Shown one piece after another: positions 1-8,314 of a DNA stretch of 64,000 bases. The position numbers and the translations under genes were made by a program. The notes beneath the pieces are model-generated. The model was given only the letters and a program-made list of their open reading frames with translations. It searched no databases and was not told the DNA's origin. Source of the DNA: Acidimicrobiia bacterium (GTDB lineage: Bacteria; Actinomycetota; Acidimicrobiia; Spongiisociales; UBA11373); contig JBFFRY010000009.1 of NCBI GenBank assembly GCA_041572755.1, forward strand, positions 8,221 through 72,220, in the 5' to 3' direction. Numbering within the stretch: position 1 is the first letter of the stretch; every line of letters starts with the position of its first letter.

Positions 1-52
1 GCCGTCAGCGTGCCCCCGGCTCGTTGCGGTGAGGCCGACCGGGGCACGGTTG

Positions 53-601
53 TCAGTCTGGGCAGTCGGGATAGCGCAGCTCGTCGGGAGACGTCCAGTG
101 GAACCCACCCCCTGAGTACGAAGGCAGACTGGTGATCGTCACGACCAGCGGTTCGCCTTCGACTACCCGTACGAGCGTTTCGCATCCGAAGTGCATGGCC
201 CCCGACGGCACGAACGCCTCGATTGTGAATCGGTAGGTTCCCGGGTCGAATGTCACGACCTGATCGGCTTTCACGTCCCAATACCGGTCGTCGTGTTGGG
301 GGTGTATCACGTCGGACATCGAGAACGGGTCGGAATCGGCGGGCCCGATACGTGCTCCCCCGTACGCATCTTCCTGCCTCGCAGCGTCCAGGGGCAGTAC
401 CCAGGCATCGATGCCGAGACCTCCGAACCCTTCGAGGCCATCGAGGGAGACGGTGATCGTTTGAGGTACGAGTGCGGTTGCAGAGTCATCGCCGCCTCGG
501 CATGCGACGGCGCTCATCACCAGAGCAGCCACGAGGGCTGGCGGCAACACCCGCGCTGAGAGGCGGCGCTGCCGGGCTGATGGTCGATGGGGGCTCTTCA
601 A
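53..601 (-). CDS. hypothetical lipoprotein (start uncertain)
   Basis: ORF with a hydrophobic stretch ending in lipobox-like SAVAC; no recognisable family. Confidence 0.55.
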   Translation of the reverse strand: MKSPHRPSARQRRLSARVLPPALVAALVMSAVACRGGDDSATALVPQTITVSLDGLEGFGGLGIDAWVLPLDAARQEDAYGGARIGPADSDPFSMSDVIHPQHDDRYWDVKADQVVTFDPGTYRFTIEAFVPSGAMHFGCETLVRVVEGEPLVVTITSLPSYSGGGFHWTSPDELRYPDCPD

Positions 602-707
602 GGAGGAACCCTTCGCTCTCTGCCAGCCTCATCCTTTCGACGAGGCGGCTGCAAGAGCCAAACGGCCTATTCGGAACTCTGGCTCCCTTCGGGGAGCTCG
701 CCTCGAC

Positions 708-1859
708 CTACTCGAACTCGACGAGTTCACTCGGGAGCAAGGAGACCCAGAGCCTGCCGGAAGGCACGGTGGCGGCATCGCCGAGCATATCGAAGAACCG
801 GAACGGCTCTCGCTCGCTGTCACGTTCCCAGGTGCCCTCCCAGCCATCCCCCTTCGCGAAGACCCAGGCCCGCCCCGACCCGACCGTGTCGATAGCCGGC
901 ACAGGGGTCCGGGACCCCGTTGCGTTCGCCGGGGCGTGGGCGATGTAGAAGCGCCCGGAAATCACGATGAGCACCTCGGCGTCGATCCTGCCCCGCTCCC
1001 CCTCCTCGTCCAACCACTCCTGATAGTCACCGCGCACCCATCGTTCGTATGTCTGCGTATCCGAGTTGTAGCGCCACTCGACGTCGTCGATTCCCTGTCC
1101 CCAGGTGAGGGTGACATTGTGCGCGGGATGCTGCGGGAGCGGCGGATCCCCGAAAGGCAGCCACGGAGTCGGGGCCTCGTCGGGGAATCCCCGTTCGTCG
1201 GCGAACTCACGGAAGTCGAATGTCGAGCCGTAGACGTTGTTGGGCAGGTCGCGCTCAGGGATCCGGTACATGATCGAGGGGTAGAACGTCACTCGGGGAA
1301 TACCGCGTTGGATGGCCATACCTGTGATCCACGGTTGGGCGCCGCTGTTCACCATGGTGCCGTTGACCGCGGTAGCGATTTGCAGATCTCCAGGTCGCAG
1401 GGATCGGATGGGACCGAGGTACTCGGCATCCGAGTAGTGAAACATGGCGATGAAACGGGTTGTGCCGTACACCACCTCGAGCTCGACCATCGCGTCTGCG
1501 AGTTGGATACCGGACTGTGGCTGGGCGGCCATTTCGTTGTCGATCTTGACCATGAGCACTCGGCGATCGAGCAGCTCCTGGTCGTAGACGGGCAGGCCGT
1601 TGACGCCGGAGTAGCCCACCGGAGGAATAGTCGTCGTCGTGGTGGTGGTCGTCGTGGTGGTGGTCGTCGTGGTGGTGGTGGTCGTTGTCGTGGTGGTGGT
1701 GGTCGTGACCCTCGCAGCGGTCTTGGCCATCGTCGACATGGTGGTGGTGGCAGTGCCCGCAGATGAGCAGGCTACGACGGTCAGGGCGAGGGCAACCGGG
1801 AGCAGGACACGTCCCCCCGGCGTTATGGAACTCGCAGGTCGATCGACGAGTGCGGACAT
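708..1859 (-). CDS. DUF3048 (YerB-like) lipoprotein with poly-Thr linker
   Basis: Motifs VKIDN, QPQSGIQLAD, TRFIAMF, GPIRSLR typical of DUF3048; lipobox VVAC; start moved to ATG at 1859. Confidence 0.8.
   Translation of the reverse strand: MSALVDRPASSITPGGRVLLPVALALTVVACSSAGTATTTMSTMAKTAARVTTTTTTTTTTTTTTTTTTTTTTTTTTIPPVGYSGVNGLPVYDQELLDRRVLMVKIDNEMAAQPQSGIQLADAMVELEVVYGTTRFIAMFHYSDAEYLGPIRSLRPGDLQIATAVNGTMVNSGAQPWITGMAIQRGIPRVTFYPSIMYRIPERDLPNNVYGSTFDFREFADERGFPDEAPTPWLPFGDPPLPQHPAHNVTLTWGQGIDDVEWRYNSDTQTYERWVRGDYQEWLDEEGERGRIDAEVLIVISGRFYIAHAPANATGSRTPVPAIDTVGSGRAWVFAKGDGWEGTWERDSEREPFRFFDMLGDAATVPSGRLWVSLLPSELVEFE
1629..1706 (-). repeat. ACC/ACG trinucleotide repeat encoding 26 consecutive Thr
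   Basis: Counted codon by codon in the DUF3048 frame. Confidence 0.9.
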
Positions 1860-1981
1860 GTTGGGAAGACTAGAGACCGACGCTTGCGGCCTCCGACCCG
1901 TGTCAGGAGTCGGCCGGGCGGTGCGCACATGAGCCGCGCCACCCCGATGCGCCTGCGCCTTGCGCCTGGGTCATGAATCGC

Positions 1982-2215
1982 TCATCGGGGCCGACGCAAC
2001 ATCCGGCGGATGTGTCGTCGGCCGTGCCACCCAACAACCATCACCGCCACAACGGCGGCCAGGATCCAGAACAATCGAACCCGTCCGAGTTCGTCGAGGT
2101 AGAGATAGCCGGCTACCAGCGTCACGGCGAGCGCTAGAACCTCGAACACCCTCCGACCGATCCTTGTCACGACGACCTCCGGTCTGATCAGATCCTCAGC
2201 GTACGGGGGTGCCAA
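1982..2215 (-). CDS. small hypothetical membrane protein (2 TM)
   Basis: 77 aa, two hydrophobic segments and a basic C-tail; start uncertain. Confidence 0.45.
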   Translation of the reverse strand: MAPPYAEDLIRPEVVVTRIGRRVFEVLALAVTLVAGYLYLDELGRVRLFWILAAVVAVMVVGWHGRRHIRRMLRRPR

Positions 2216-2246
2216 TTGGTCTACTGATCCCGCGCCACCCCAGGGC

Positions 2247-2268
2247 GATCCGGCTCTTGCGCCGGATC
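2247..2268. terminator. 8-bp hairpin, possible terminator
   Basis: GATCCGGC-TCTTGC-GCCGGATC downstream of the Lys-rich sORF; no U-tract. Confidence 0.4.
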
Positions 2269-2308
2269 ACGTCGCCTGAAGCACTTGGCTGGTGAGTGGT
2301 CAACGGAG

Positions 2309-2434
2309 TTAGGCGATTCCGCTGAGCTTTCCGCGGTCTGCGTCCTTCTTCGTCTTCTTGTCGAGCCGTTTCTGCTTCAGGTCTCGGGTGGCCGTCTTCT
2401 TGACGTTCTTGCCACCCTTGTTCTTGGTTCCCAT
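2309..2434 (-). CDS. 41-aa Lys-rich microprotein (not in ORF track)
   Basis: MGTKNKGGKNVKKTATRDLKQKRLDKKTKKDADRGKLSGIA; SD GGAGAG upstream; 34/41 codons end in G/C. Confidence 0.7.
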   Translation of the reverse strand: MGTKNKGGKNVKKTATRDLKQKRLDKKTKKDADRGKLSGIA

Positions 2435-2503
2435 GAGTCTCTCCAGACCGGCCGATGATGCGGCCATGCTGTTGTGTCTCTCGCCCTCACGAGCGCTGGG
2501 TGT

Positions 2504-2731
2504 TCAACCGGCTTCGATGATCGCTACGAGCCGCGTGGTGTGGATCGCAGTCGTGCCACGCAGATGCCGGAGGAGGATCGCCGTTTCACCGTACGTGGTC
2601 TCGGTGCCGAGGTATTCCCCGGACACGGACTGGCCGGTCGAAGTTCTGGCGTGGTAGCTGTGTCCTCGCTGGAGTCGATTGATCATCTGTGTGATCGATT
2701 CTTGCTTCCGCTGGCTATGGGCTTTCTGCAT
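2504..2731 (-). CDS. 75-aa hypothetical protein, possible Sm/Hfq-like beta-barrel
   Basis: SD AAGGAG before ATG 2731 (MQKAHSQRKQ...); fold call is speculative. Confidence 0.65.
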   Translation of the reverse strand: MQKAHSQRKQESITQMINRLQRGHSYHARTSTGQSVSGEYLGTETTYGETAILLRHLRGTTAIHTTRLVAIIEAG

Positions 2732-2808
2732 GTTCTCCTTGGTGGCTTGCTCCCGTGGTGTCCGGGGGGTGTCGCATGTGCGCCGGCTGGCGACCATCTC
2801 GGGGCGAC

Positions 2809-2949
2809 CTACTTGCGGGGCGCCCGCGGGGCGTACTGGCGGCAAGCGCACTTGGGCACCGTGCACTCATCGGTGCGGTGCTCGCTATTGGGGTGGCCGC
2901 AATCGACGCAGCGCTGCCTGCCGGGATCGGTCGTCCGGGTGCCCTTCAT
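2809..2949 (-). CDS. 46-aa Cys/His-rich zinc-finger-like microprotein (not in ORF track)
   Basis: MKGTRTTDPGRQRCVDCGHPNSEHRTDECTVPKCACRQYAPRAPRK; motif Cx2CxHx4Hx4Cx4CxC; 41/46 codons end in G/C; weak SD GAGAG. Confidence 0.7.
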   Translation of the reverse strand: MKGTRTTDPGRQRCVDCGHPNSEHRTDECTVPKCACRQYAPRAPRK

Positions 2950-3084
2950 GGGGCACTCTCATGCCCGAGAGGCTGCTGTGTCGGGGCGATTGTTCCGATT
3001 GCGGGGCCGTCCATAGTGGGGCTCCCTTCGAAAACTCGTGATTGCTCGACGATGACGTGTCCTGGGTCGTCGAGTGATTCTGTG

Positions 3085-3112
3085 GGGGCCGGGGATCGCG
3101 TTCCCCGGCCCC
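3085..3112 (-). terminator. 11-bp GC hairpin after the RRM gene
   Basis: GGGGCCGGGGA-TCGCGT-TCCCCGGCCCC, 17 nt after the stop; no U-tract. Confidence 0.6.
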
Positions 3113-3128
3113 GGGTGAACGAACGGTC

Positions 3129-3383
3129 CTACCGGGACCGCTCGCGGGCCAGGTTCACGTTGAGCTGGCGACCATCGACGGTCGAACCGTTGACCTCCGC
3201 GATTGCCTTCTGGGCATCTTCCGCGGAAGCCATCTCGACAAAACCGAAACCGCGTGAGCGGCCGGTGTCGCGATCTGCGATGACCTGAGCGTTGGTCACT
3301 TCGCCAAAGCCGGCGAAGAGATCCTTCAACGCAGCCGAGTCGGTCGAGAACGCAAGGTTCCCGACATAGATGTTGGTGGACAT
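3129..3383 (-). CDS. RNA recognition motif (RRM) RNA-binding protein
   Basis: RNP2 IYVGNL and RNP1 RGFGFVEM; SD AAGGAG before ATG 3383. Confidence 0.93.
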   Translation of the reverse strand: MSTNIYVGNLAFSTDSAALKDLFAGFGEVTNAQVIADRDTGRSRGFGFVEMASAEDAQKAIAEVNGSTVDGRQLNVNLARERSR

Positions 3384-3531
3384 GGATTGGCTCCTTCTGA
3401 GCATTGAACCGTCGGAACTGGACGCCCCACAAAGAGGATCACCGGCTCTAGGGCCGACTGGGATGCCGACTGAAGGCCGTGAGTCTTGCGGCGACTTCAC
3501 TCGACGGAACAGAAGAAGCAAAGACAGGCGC

Positions 3532-3551
3532 CGCACGCCTATCGGCGTGCG
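3532..3551 (-). promoter_or_regulatory. hairpin upstream of the RRM gene (terminator or leader element)
   Basis: CGCACGCC-TATC-GGCGTGCG, followed on the minus strand by a pyrimidine-rich tract. Confidence 0.35.
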
Positions 3552-3782
3552 CAGGCACCACAATAGCCCATCTGCTCTTCAATGTGGCGAACTGAGCCAA
3601 TTGCTGGGTCGTCTGCGTTCCAGCCGCCGACGGCGGAACTGGCGACCACGCTGCCATATCCGGGACCGTCGCCGCTGTTCCAGCATCCAGTCGAGCAAGC
3701 CGGGCTCGACGATCGACAGCAGGATCCCGCCGTGGAAGAGCCAGGCGGGGACACCTGACTTGTGTTGGCCGCTCCCGCTGAG

Positions 3783-3950
3783 TCAGGTCGTCTTGATCAA
3801 GGCCTCGACCTGCTCATCGGTGATCTCCAGATCGGGATGAGCGGTCTCGGCGTGAATCGCGGCGTGCTTCAGCAGTTCTTCCTTCGTCTCAGTCGTGAAC
3901 GAACCGGGACAATCGGCACCGGTATCAGCACAGACGATCGAGTATGCCAT
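3783..3950 (-). CDS. DUF1059 small metal-binding protein
   Basis: MAYSIVCADTGADCPGSF...EELLKHAAIHAETAHP; C-x6-C plus H-x3-H-x4-H pattern of DUF1059. Confidence 0.8.
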   Translation of the reverse strand: MAYSIVCADTGADCPGSFTTETKEELLKHAAIHAETAHPDLEITDEQVEALIKTT

Positions 3951-4019
3951 GGCACCCCCTCGGTTGGTAACGCCATTCCCAAGCATATCGCCCGGGAGTG
4001 CCCGGCGGGGTGACACCTG

Positions 4020-4472
4020 CTACCTCAAGGCGCGGACCTCTCTGGTGAGGGTCTCGGGGACCGCGCGCCGCTTCATCAGTTTCATCGGGAACGAGGTCCA
4101 GTAGTTCTCGGCGTCCTCGATCGTGTCCCACTCATAGACGCCCCTGAACGCCCCCGACTCTCGACCCAACAACCAGGTCTTGGAACGGAAGCCGGGCTGT
4201 GCAGCGATCAAAGGCATGGGTATGCGGGAGAGACGCTTGTTCGCTGCAGCCGAGAACCTGGCGAAATGGAAGCCCACTGCAAACTGAGCACCCGGTCCAC
4301 CAGGCCGAGTCTCGGTCGGGGCCACCACCATCTCCCGGAACACCTCATAGTCCTCCCCGGGTCCGGGCACCAGATCACCGACCGCATCGCGGGGGAACTT
4401 GACCCGGCCACGCAACCGGAGCCATGTGGCGCGAGCGAGCAACACCGGCGGGAACTGGCCGAAACGGGGCAT
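4020..4472 (-). CDS. YdhR-like putative monooxygenase (dimeric alpha/beta barrel)
   Basis: PGFRSKTWL...FRGVYEWDTIEDAENY motif; SD GGAG. Confidence 0.6.
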   Translation of the reverse strand: MPRFGQFPPVLLARATWLRLRGRVKFPRDAVGDLVPGPGEDYEVFREMVVAPTETRPGGPGAQFAVGFHFARFSAAANKRLSRIPMPLIAAQPGFRSKTWLLGRESGAFRGVYEWDTIEDAENYWTSFPMKLMKRRAVPETLTREVRALR

Positions 4473-4738
4473 GTCGGCTCCTCAGCGATTGGGCTTCTTG
4501 GGATGTCGGGCCCGAAGGGGCCGGCGGTCAGCTTCCAGGATGCCGCGCCCGCAAGGCGCGTGGTAGGGGCGAAGGACTGAATCGGAGAGCGACACACCAC
4601 TCAAGGGGCGCGATGGACGGGTGGATAGCCGGCTCGGGTGACCTTTCGCCGCACCAGCTTCGGGGGCGATGGCCGTTGAGGCCACCCGGGGCGCTCAACG
4701 AAGCATTCCCCTTCCGAGCGTCGCGGTCGGATACCTTC

Positions 4739-5152
4739 TCAGGGTTCCTCTGGGGCAATGAGGGCGCCAACGGCGGCGGCGAGGCGGTGCATCTCCTCGT
4801 ACGCCTCTTCGAATCCCGAGTAGTCACCGCGGTGGATGGGGCATTCGAAGAAGACGGTCTCGGCGAACTCCAGGTAGTTGAGCGCCGCGTCCTCGATGTG
4901 TTGGCTCGGTGCGTTCTCCATGTCCACCACCGCAGTTCGGAGGTTGCCGAGAGCCCCGTCGCAGATCACCCGAAGGCTGTCGGGATCAGCAGAGACGAGC
5001 ACTTCCAACGGGGGTATCTCATCGAGGAGCGCCTGCCAGTCGTCGCGCCACTGATCGGTGGAGAGCTGCGAAGAGGTGCAGCCCGCGAGCAGCATGGCGA
5101 CCACTGAACAGATCGTCACCAACTGACTCTTCTGGGGTGTTGCTCTCGTCAT
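4739..5152 (-). CDS. hypothetical lipoprotein
   Basis: Lipobox LLAGC; start moved to ATG 5152. Confidence 0.6.
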   Translation of the reverse strand: MTRATPQKSQLVTICSVVAMLLAGCTSSQLSTDQWRDDWQALLDEIPPLEVLVSADPDSLRVICDGALGNLRTAVVDMENAPSQHIEDAALNYLEFAETVFFECPIHRGDYSGFEEAYEEMHRLAAAVGALIAPEEP

Positions 5153-5254
5153 GGTGTCAGTCTCCCCGGGTTGCTCGGTGTTCATGGGACTGGGTATGGG
5201 CGGCGTCGACTGGGGAAGCCCGGCCGGGCACATACGTCGATCGGCTGAATGAAC

Positions 5255-6703
5255 TCACCTGCGCCAAGCCTCTCTGTTGAAGAGGATCACGATCGGTACG
5301 ATCTCGAGCCGTCCGATGATCATCAGCATCGACAGAATCCACTTTCCGGCGATGGGCACATCCAGGTAGGTCTCGGTTGGTCCGATGGCCTCGAGCCCCG
5401 GTCCGATGTTGCCCAGGGATGACGCCACGGCGGACACGGTGGAGGGGAAGCTCACCTCGATGGGCCCAAACGATTGCACGATGCCGAGCCCGATCGTCCC
5501 GAACACGAATGCCGCCACGTAGAGCAGGATGAATGTGCGGACCGATTCCACGACGGGCCCTCGGATTGGAGTTCTATTCCACCTGGCGACGATGACGGTT
5601 CGTCTGTGCAGCAAGCGCTTCAGGTAGGCCCGCATTGCCCCATACATCACCTCCAGGCGGTAGACCTTGATGGATCCCGAGGTTGACCCGGACATGGCGC
5701 CGATGAACATCAGGACCACGATGAGTATCTGGAGGGGGGCGGCCCATTGGCCGAAGTCGGCGGTGGCGAACCCCGTCGTCGTCAAGATCGACGTCGCCGT
5801 GAACACCCCGTTGCGGATGGTGTCGTGAACGGACGAGCCCCAGGTCCCCACGGCAAGGAACGCCGACGCCGCCAGGACGATGAACAGGTACGCCCTGAAC
5901 TCGGCACTCCGCGCGTACTTGACCGGGTTGCGCAGCCCCTGATAGTGCAGGGCGAAGGATGTTCCTCCGATCAACATGAAGGCAACCACGACCCACTGCG
6001 CATACGCCGAGAATGCTCCGAGTGATCCCGCCTCGGTGCTGAAGCCGCCGCCCGACAGGGTGGTGAGGGAGTGGGTGATGGCTTCGAACAGCGTCATGTC
6101 GGCAGCGGCGAGAAGAGCAACCTCTGCTGCCGTGAAGCCCACGAAGATGAGCCAGAACCGCCTTGCCGTCTCTTGGAATCGGGGCACGATCCGCTCAGCG
6201 GTTGGGCCGGGCAATTCGGCGCTCGCCAGCTTCTGTGCGCCCAGGCCCAGCAGCGGCAGCAAGGCGATGGCCAAGACGACCATCCCCATCCCCCCGATCC
6301 ACTGAGTCAACGCCCGCCACATCAGCACCCCGTGGCTGAGGGCGCCCGGACTCTCGACAACAGACGCACCCGTCGCAGTGAACCCCGACGCCGACTCGAA
6401 GAGCGCGTCGGTCACGTTGCCGAGCGACCCGGTGACCAGGTAGGGCAAGGCCCCGAAGGCTGCAGATCCAAGCCATGCCAGACCCACCGCTGCGAATGCT
6501 TCCCTCGTCGAAAGCTCTGCCGGGGTGCCGAAGGCTCTCCGTATCACAAGGCCCGCAGCGATCGTGGTCAGCGAACCCAGCAGCAGCGGCAGGACTTCCG
6601 ACCACTCCCGATAGATGATGGCCACCCCGACGGGGACCGCCATCGCCAGCCCGACGAGGCTCAGAACCGCACCGACGATGTGGAGGAGTCGTTGCCATGA
6701 CAT
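5255..6703 (-). CDS. trkH: TrkH-family potassium uptake membrane protein
   Basis: Four pore-loop Gly motifs (SGFTATG, TLSGGGF, TTTGF, LGNIGPG) and C-terminal GRLE. Confidence 0.93.
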   Translation of the reverse strand: MSWQRLLHIVGAVLSLVGLAMAVPVGVAIIYREWSEVLPLLLGSLTTIAAGLVIRRAFGTPAELSTREAFAAVGLAWLGSAAFGALPYLVTGSLGNVTDALFESASGFTATGASVVESPGALSHGVLMWRALTQWIGGMGMVVLAIALLPLLGLGAQKLASAELPGPTAERIVPRFQETARRFWLIFVGFTAAEVALLAAADMTLFEAITHSLTTLSGGGFSTEAGSLGAFSAYAQWVVVAFMLIGGTSFALHYQGLRNPVKYARSAEFRAYLFIVLAASAFLAVGTWGSSVHDTIRNGVFTATSILTTTGFATADFGQWAAPLQILIVVLMFIGAMSGSTSGSIKVYRLEVMYGAMRAYLKRLLHRRTVIVARWNRTPIRGPVVESVRTFILLYVAAFVFGTIGLGIVQSFGPIEVSFPSTVSAVASSLGNIGPGLEAIGPTETYLDVPIAGKWILSMLMIIGRLEIVPIVILFNREAWRR

Positions 6704-6780
6704 CAGAAGCCTCCCCCTGCGTCGGCAGGGTGTGCCCGTTGGGGGGGCATCGTCATGGGCCGTGTCGTCACTCGAACCAG

Positions 6781-7359
6781 CTAGTTCCTCGAGAGCCCCA
6801 ATCCATGGGGGAAGAGAACCGGTTCGTATGCTCTCGTCACGGCGGCGCGGGCCCGCTTCGACAGTCGGACGTGAGCCGGTGGGCTCGCGTTGAGGCGCAA
6901 CACCTGATTCCGGGTGGCTGCATCATCGATCACATCTGCTTCCCACAATCCCTGGACGGCGGCATTGGGCATCACGGCGGTGATCCAGACCTTGAACGGC
7001 TCACTGGTGGGCTTTTCCGATCTCCGGGGATCAATCAGAAGCTCGTACTCCCAGAGGCCCGTGTCGGGCTTCTTGCGGGCGTCGCTGCACAGAAGCCGAC
7101 CGGTCGAACCGATCAGCCGATTAGCGCTCAACCGACCGTCGACCTCTTCCAGGACGGCGCACATGGCCCCGCGTGGGAACACTTCGTCGAGCATCCGTTG
7201 GAAGGCGCAACGTGCGTGGTACCGGGCGTCCTCTCGATCCTGCATGATGAACCTCGCGAACCGGGAGATCGCCGGAATCCCCCACCCCGGCGCGGAGGAA
7301 CGCATGTGTGCCGCGGGGGGAGAGATCGCTACGCCGCCGAACCACAACTGCCTGGTCAA
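6781..7359 (-). CDS. hypothetical protein (start uncertain, perhaps ATG of MQDRED)
   Basis: Balanced composition and G/C-ending codons in this frame; no family recognised. Confidence 0.5.
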   Translation of the reverse strand: MTRQLWFGGVAISPPAAHMRSSAPGWGIPAISRFARFIMQDREDARYHARCAFQRMLDEVFPRGAMCAVLEEVDGRLSANRLIGSTGRLLCSDARKKPDTGLWEYELLIDPRRSEKPTSEPFKVWITAVMPNAAVQGLWEADVIDDAATRNQVLRLNASPPAHVRLSKRARAAVTRAYEPVLFPHGLGLSRN

Positions 7360-7593
7360 CCGACGAGAGGAGGCGCTTTGGTGCGGGGCAACGCATCGTG
7401 ATGATCATGGCGATCACCCTCGATAACAGAAGCCATCAGCCCAAGTCGGGCGGTTGTAGGCGGGCCCCATCGCCTCTGCGACCCATGATACAGCCGCGTC
7501 AGAACCACTCAGCACGCATCACGGTTCGTGTCACCCTGATCGAAGGGGGCGTAGGCTTTCCGTCTGGGAGGGGGTGTTGGGGAAGAAGACCCC

Positions 7594-8055
7594 ATGAGAC
7601 GTTCCCTAGTCCTCCTCGCCGTTGTCCTGCTCCCGGTCGCTTCCTGTGGGGATGGCGAGCCGGATGGTGGGGTGGAGAGACCCACAAAGGCCGAGTGGAT
7701 CACCGCTGCAGATGCACTCTGCAGAGGGATGTTCGAGGAACTGGACCAGATCCCCGAGCCGCAGACACTCGAAGAGAGCCACGAGCTGGGCGGGCGAACC
7801 ATCGAGATCCAGCGGGCATCGCTCGCAGCGTTGCGGGCACTCACTCCCCCCGAGGGCGACGAGGGCACCATCGCAGAGATCCTCGATGCCCACGAGGCGC
7901 TCATCGACTGGGGTGAGGAGATGATCGAGTCCCTGGCGACCGAGGACCAAGAGAGGGCCTTCGAGCTCCATGTGGATGCCGAGCGGCTCGTCGAGGAGGC
8001 CGATCGGCTCACCGAGGACTACGGCCTTCGAGAGTGCCTCGGGTCCGACGATTGA
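7594..8055 (+). CDS. hypothetical helical lipoprotein
   Basis: Lipobox VASC; TKAEWITAADALC motif and a C-terminal Cys. Confidence 0.7.
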   Translation: MRRSLVLLAVVLLPVASCGDGEPDGGVERPTKAEWITAADALCRGMFEELDQIPEPQTLEESHELGGRTIEIQRASLAALRALTPPEGDEGTIAEILDAHEALIDWGEEMIESLATEDQERAFELHVDAERLVEEADRLTEDYGLRECLGSDD

Positions 8056-8314
8056 TGAGTGCCCCCCGGGGCACTTCAGAGCGCCGGCCCACTCGAGGTT
8101 CCTGCCCGGCATGGGACTTCCGGCCCTGGCTTTGTAAGGCTCGCCTAACAAGAGTGATCGAGGTGGGCAGAAGGGAGATGGGCGATCTCGGCTGATTCGG
8201 GGTCGGGGAGTCGTAGCTGCGGCGCTCCCGCGGACCGCCTTCTCCGGGTACCGGGGCTTCGGTTGTCGGACGCGCTGCGAGACGAGTCAAGAACAGCTTC
8301 TCGAGGAGGTGCCG

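Noticed and set aside
1629-1706. Repeat array as CRISPR or another non-coding repeat
   Set aside because: It is an in-frame Thr codon run with no spacers, and there are no cas genes.
3574-3785. UGA read-through (selenocysteine) extension of the DUF1059 gene
   Set aside because: The frame stays open for about 70 codons after the TGA, but the DUF1059 domain is already complete, the context is not redox-like, I saw no convincing SECIS, and open frames are common at this GC content.
4482-4685. 67-aa ORF upstream of the YdhR-like gene
   Set aside because: Low-complexity N-terminal half and weak codon bias. It might be a 3' gene remnant, but support is insufficient.
6697-7401. Plus-strand 234-aa ORF overlapping the 6781..7359 ORF
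   Set aside because: Pro/Arg/Gly-rich translation; the minus-strand frame has the better third-position GC pattern.
7414-7470. 18-aa sORF MGPAYNRPTWADGFCYRG with GAGG SD and TATCAT upstream (minus strand)
   Set aside because: No amino-acid enrichment and no linked biosynthetic gene; indistinguishable from chance without Ribo-seq.
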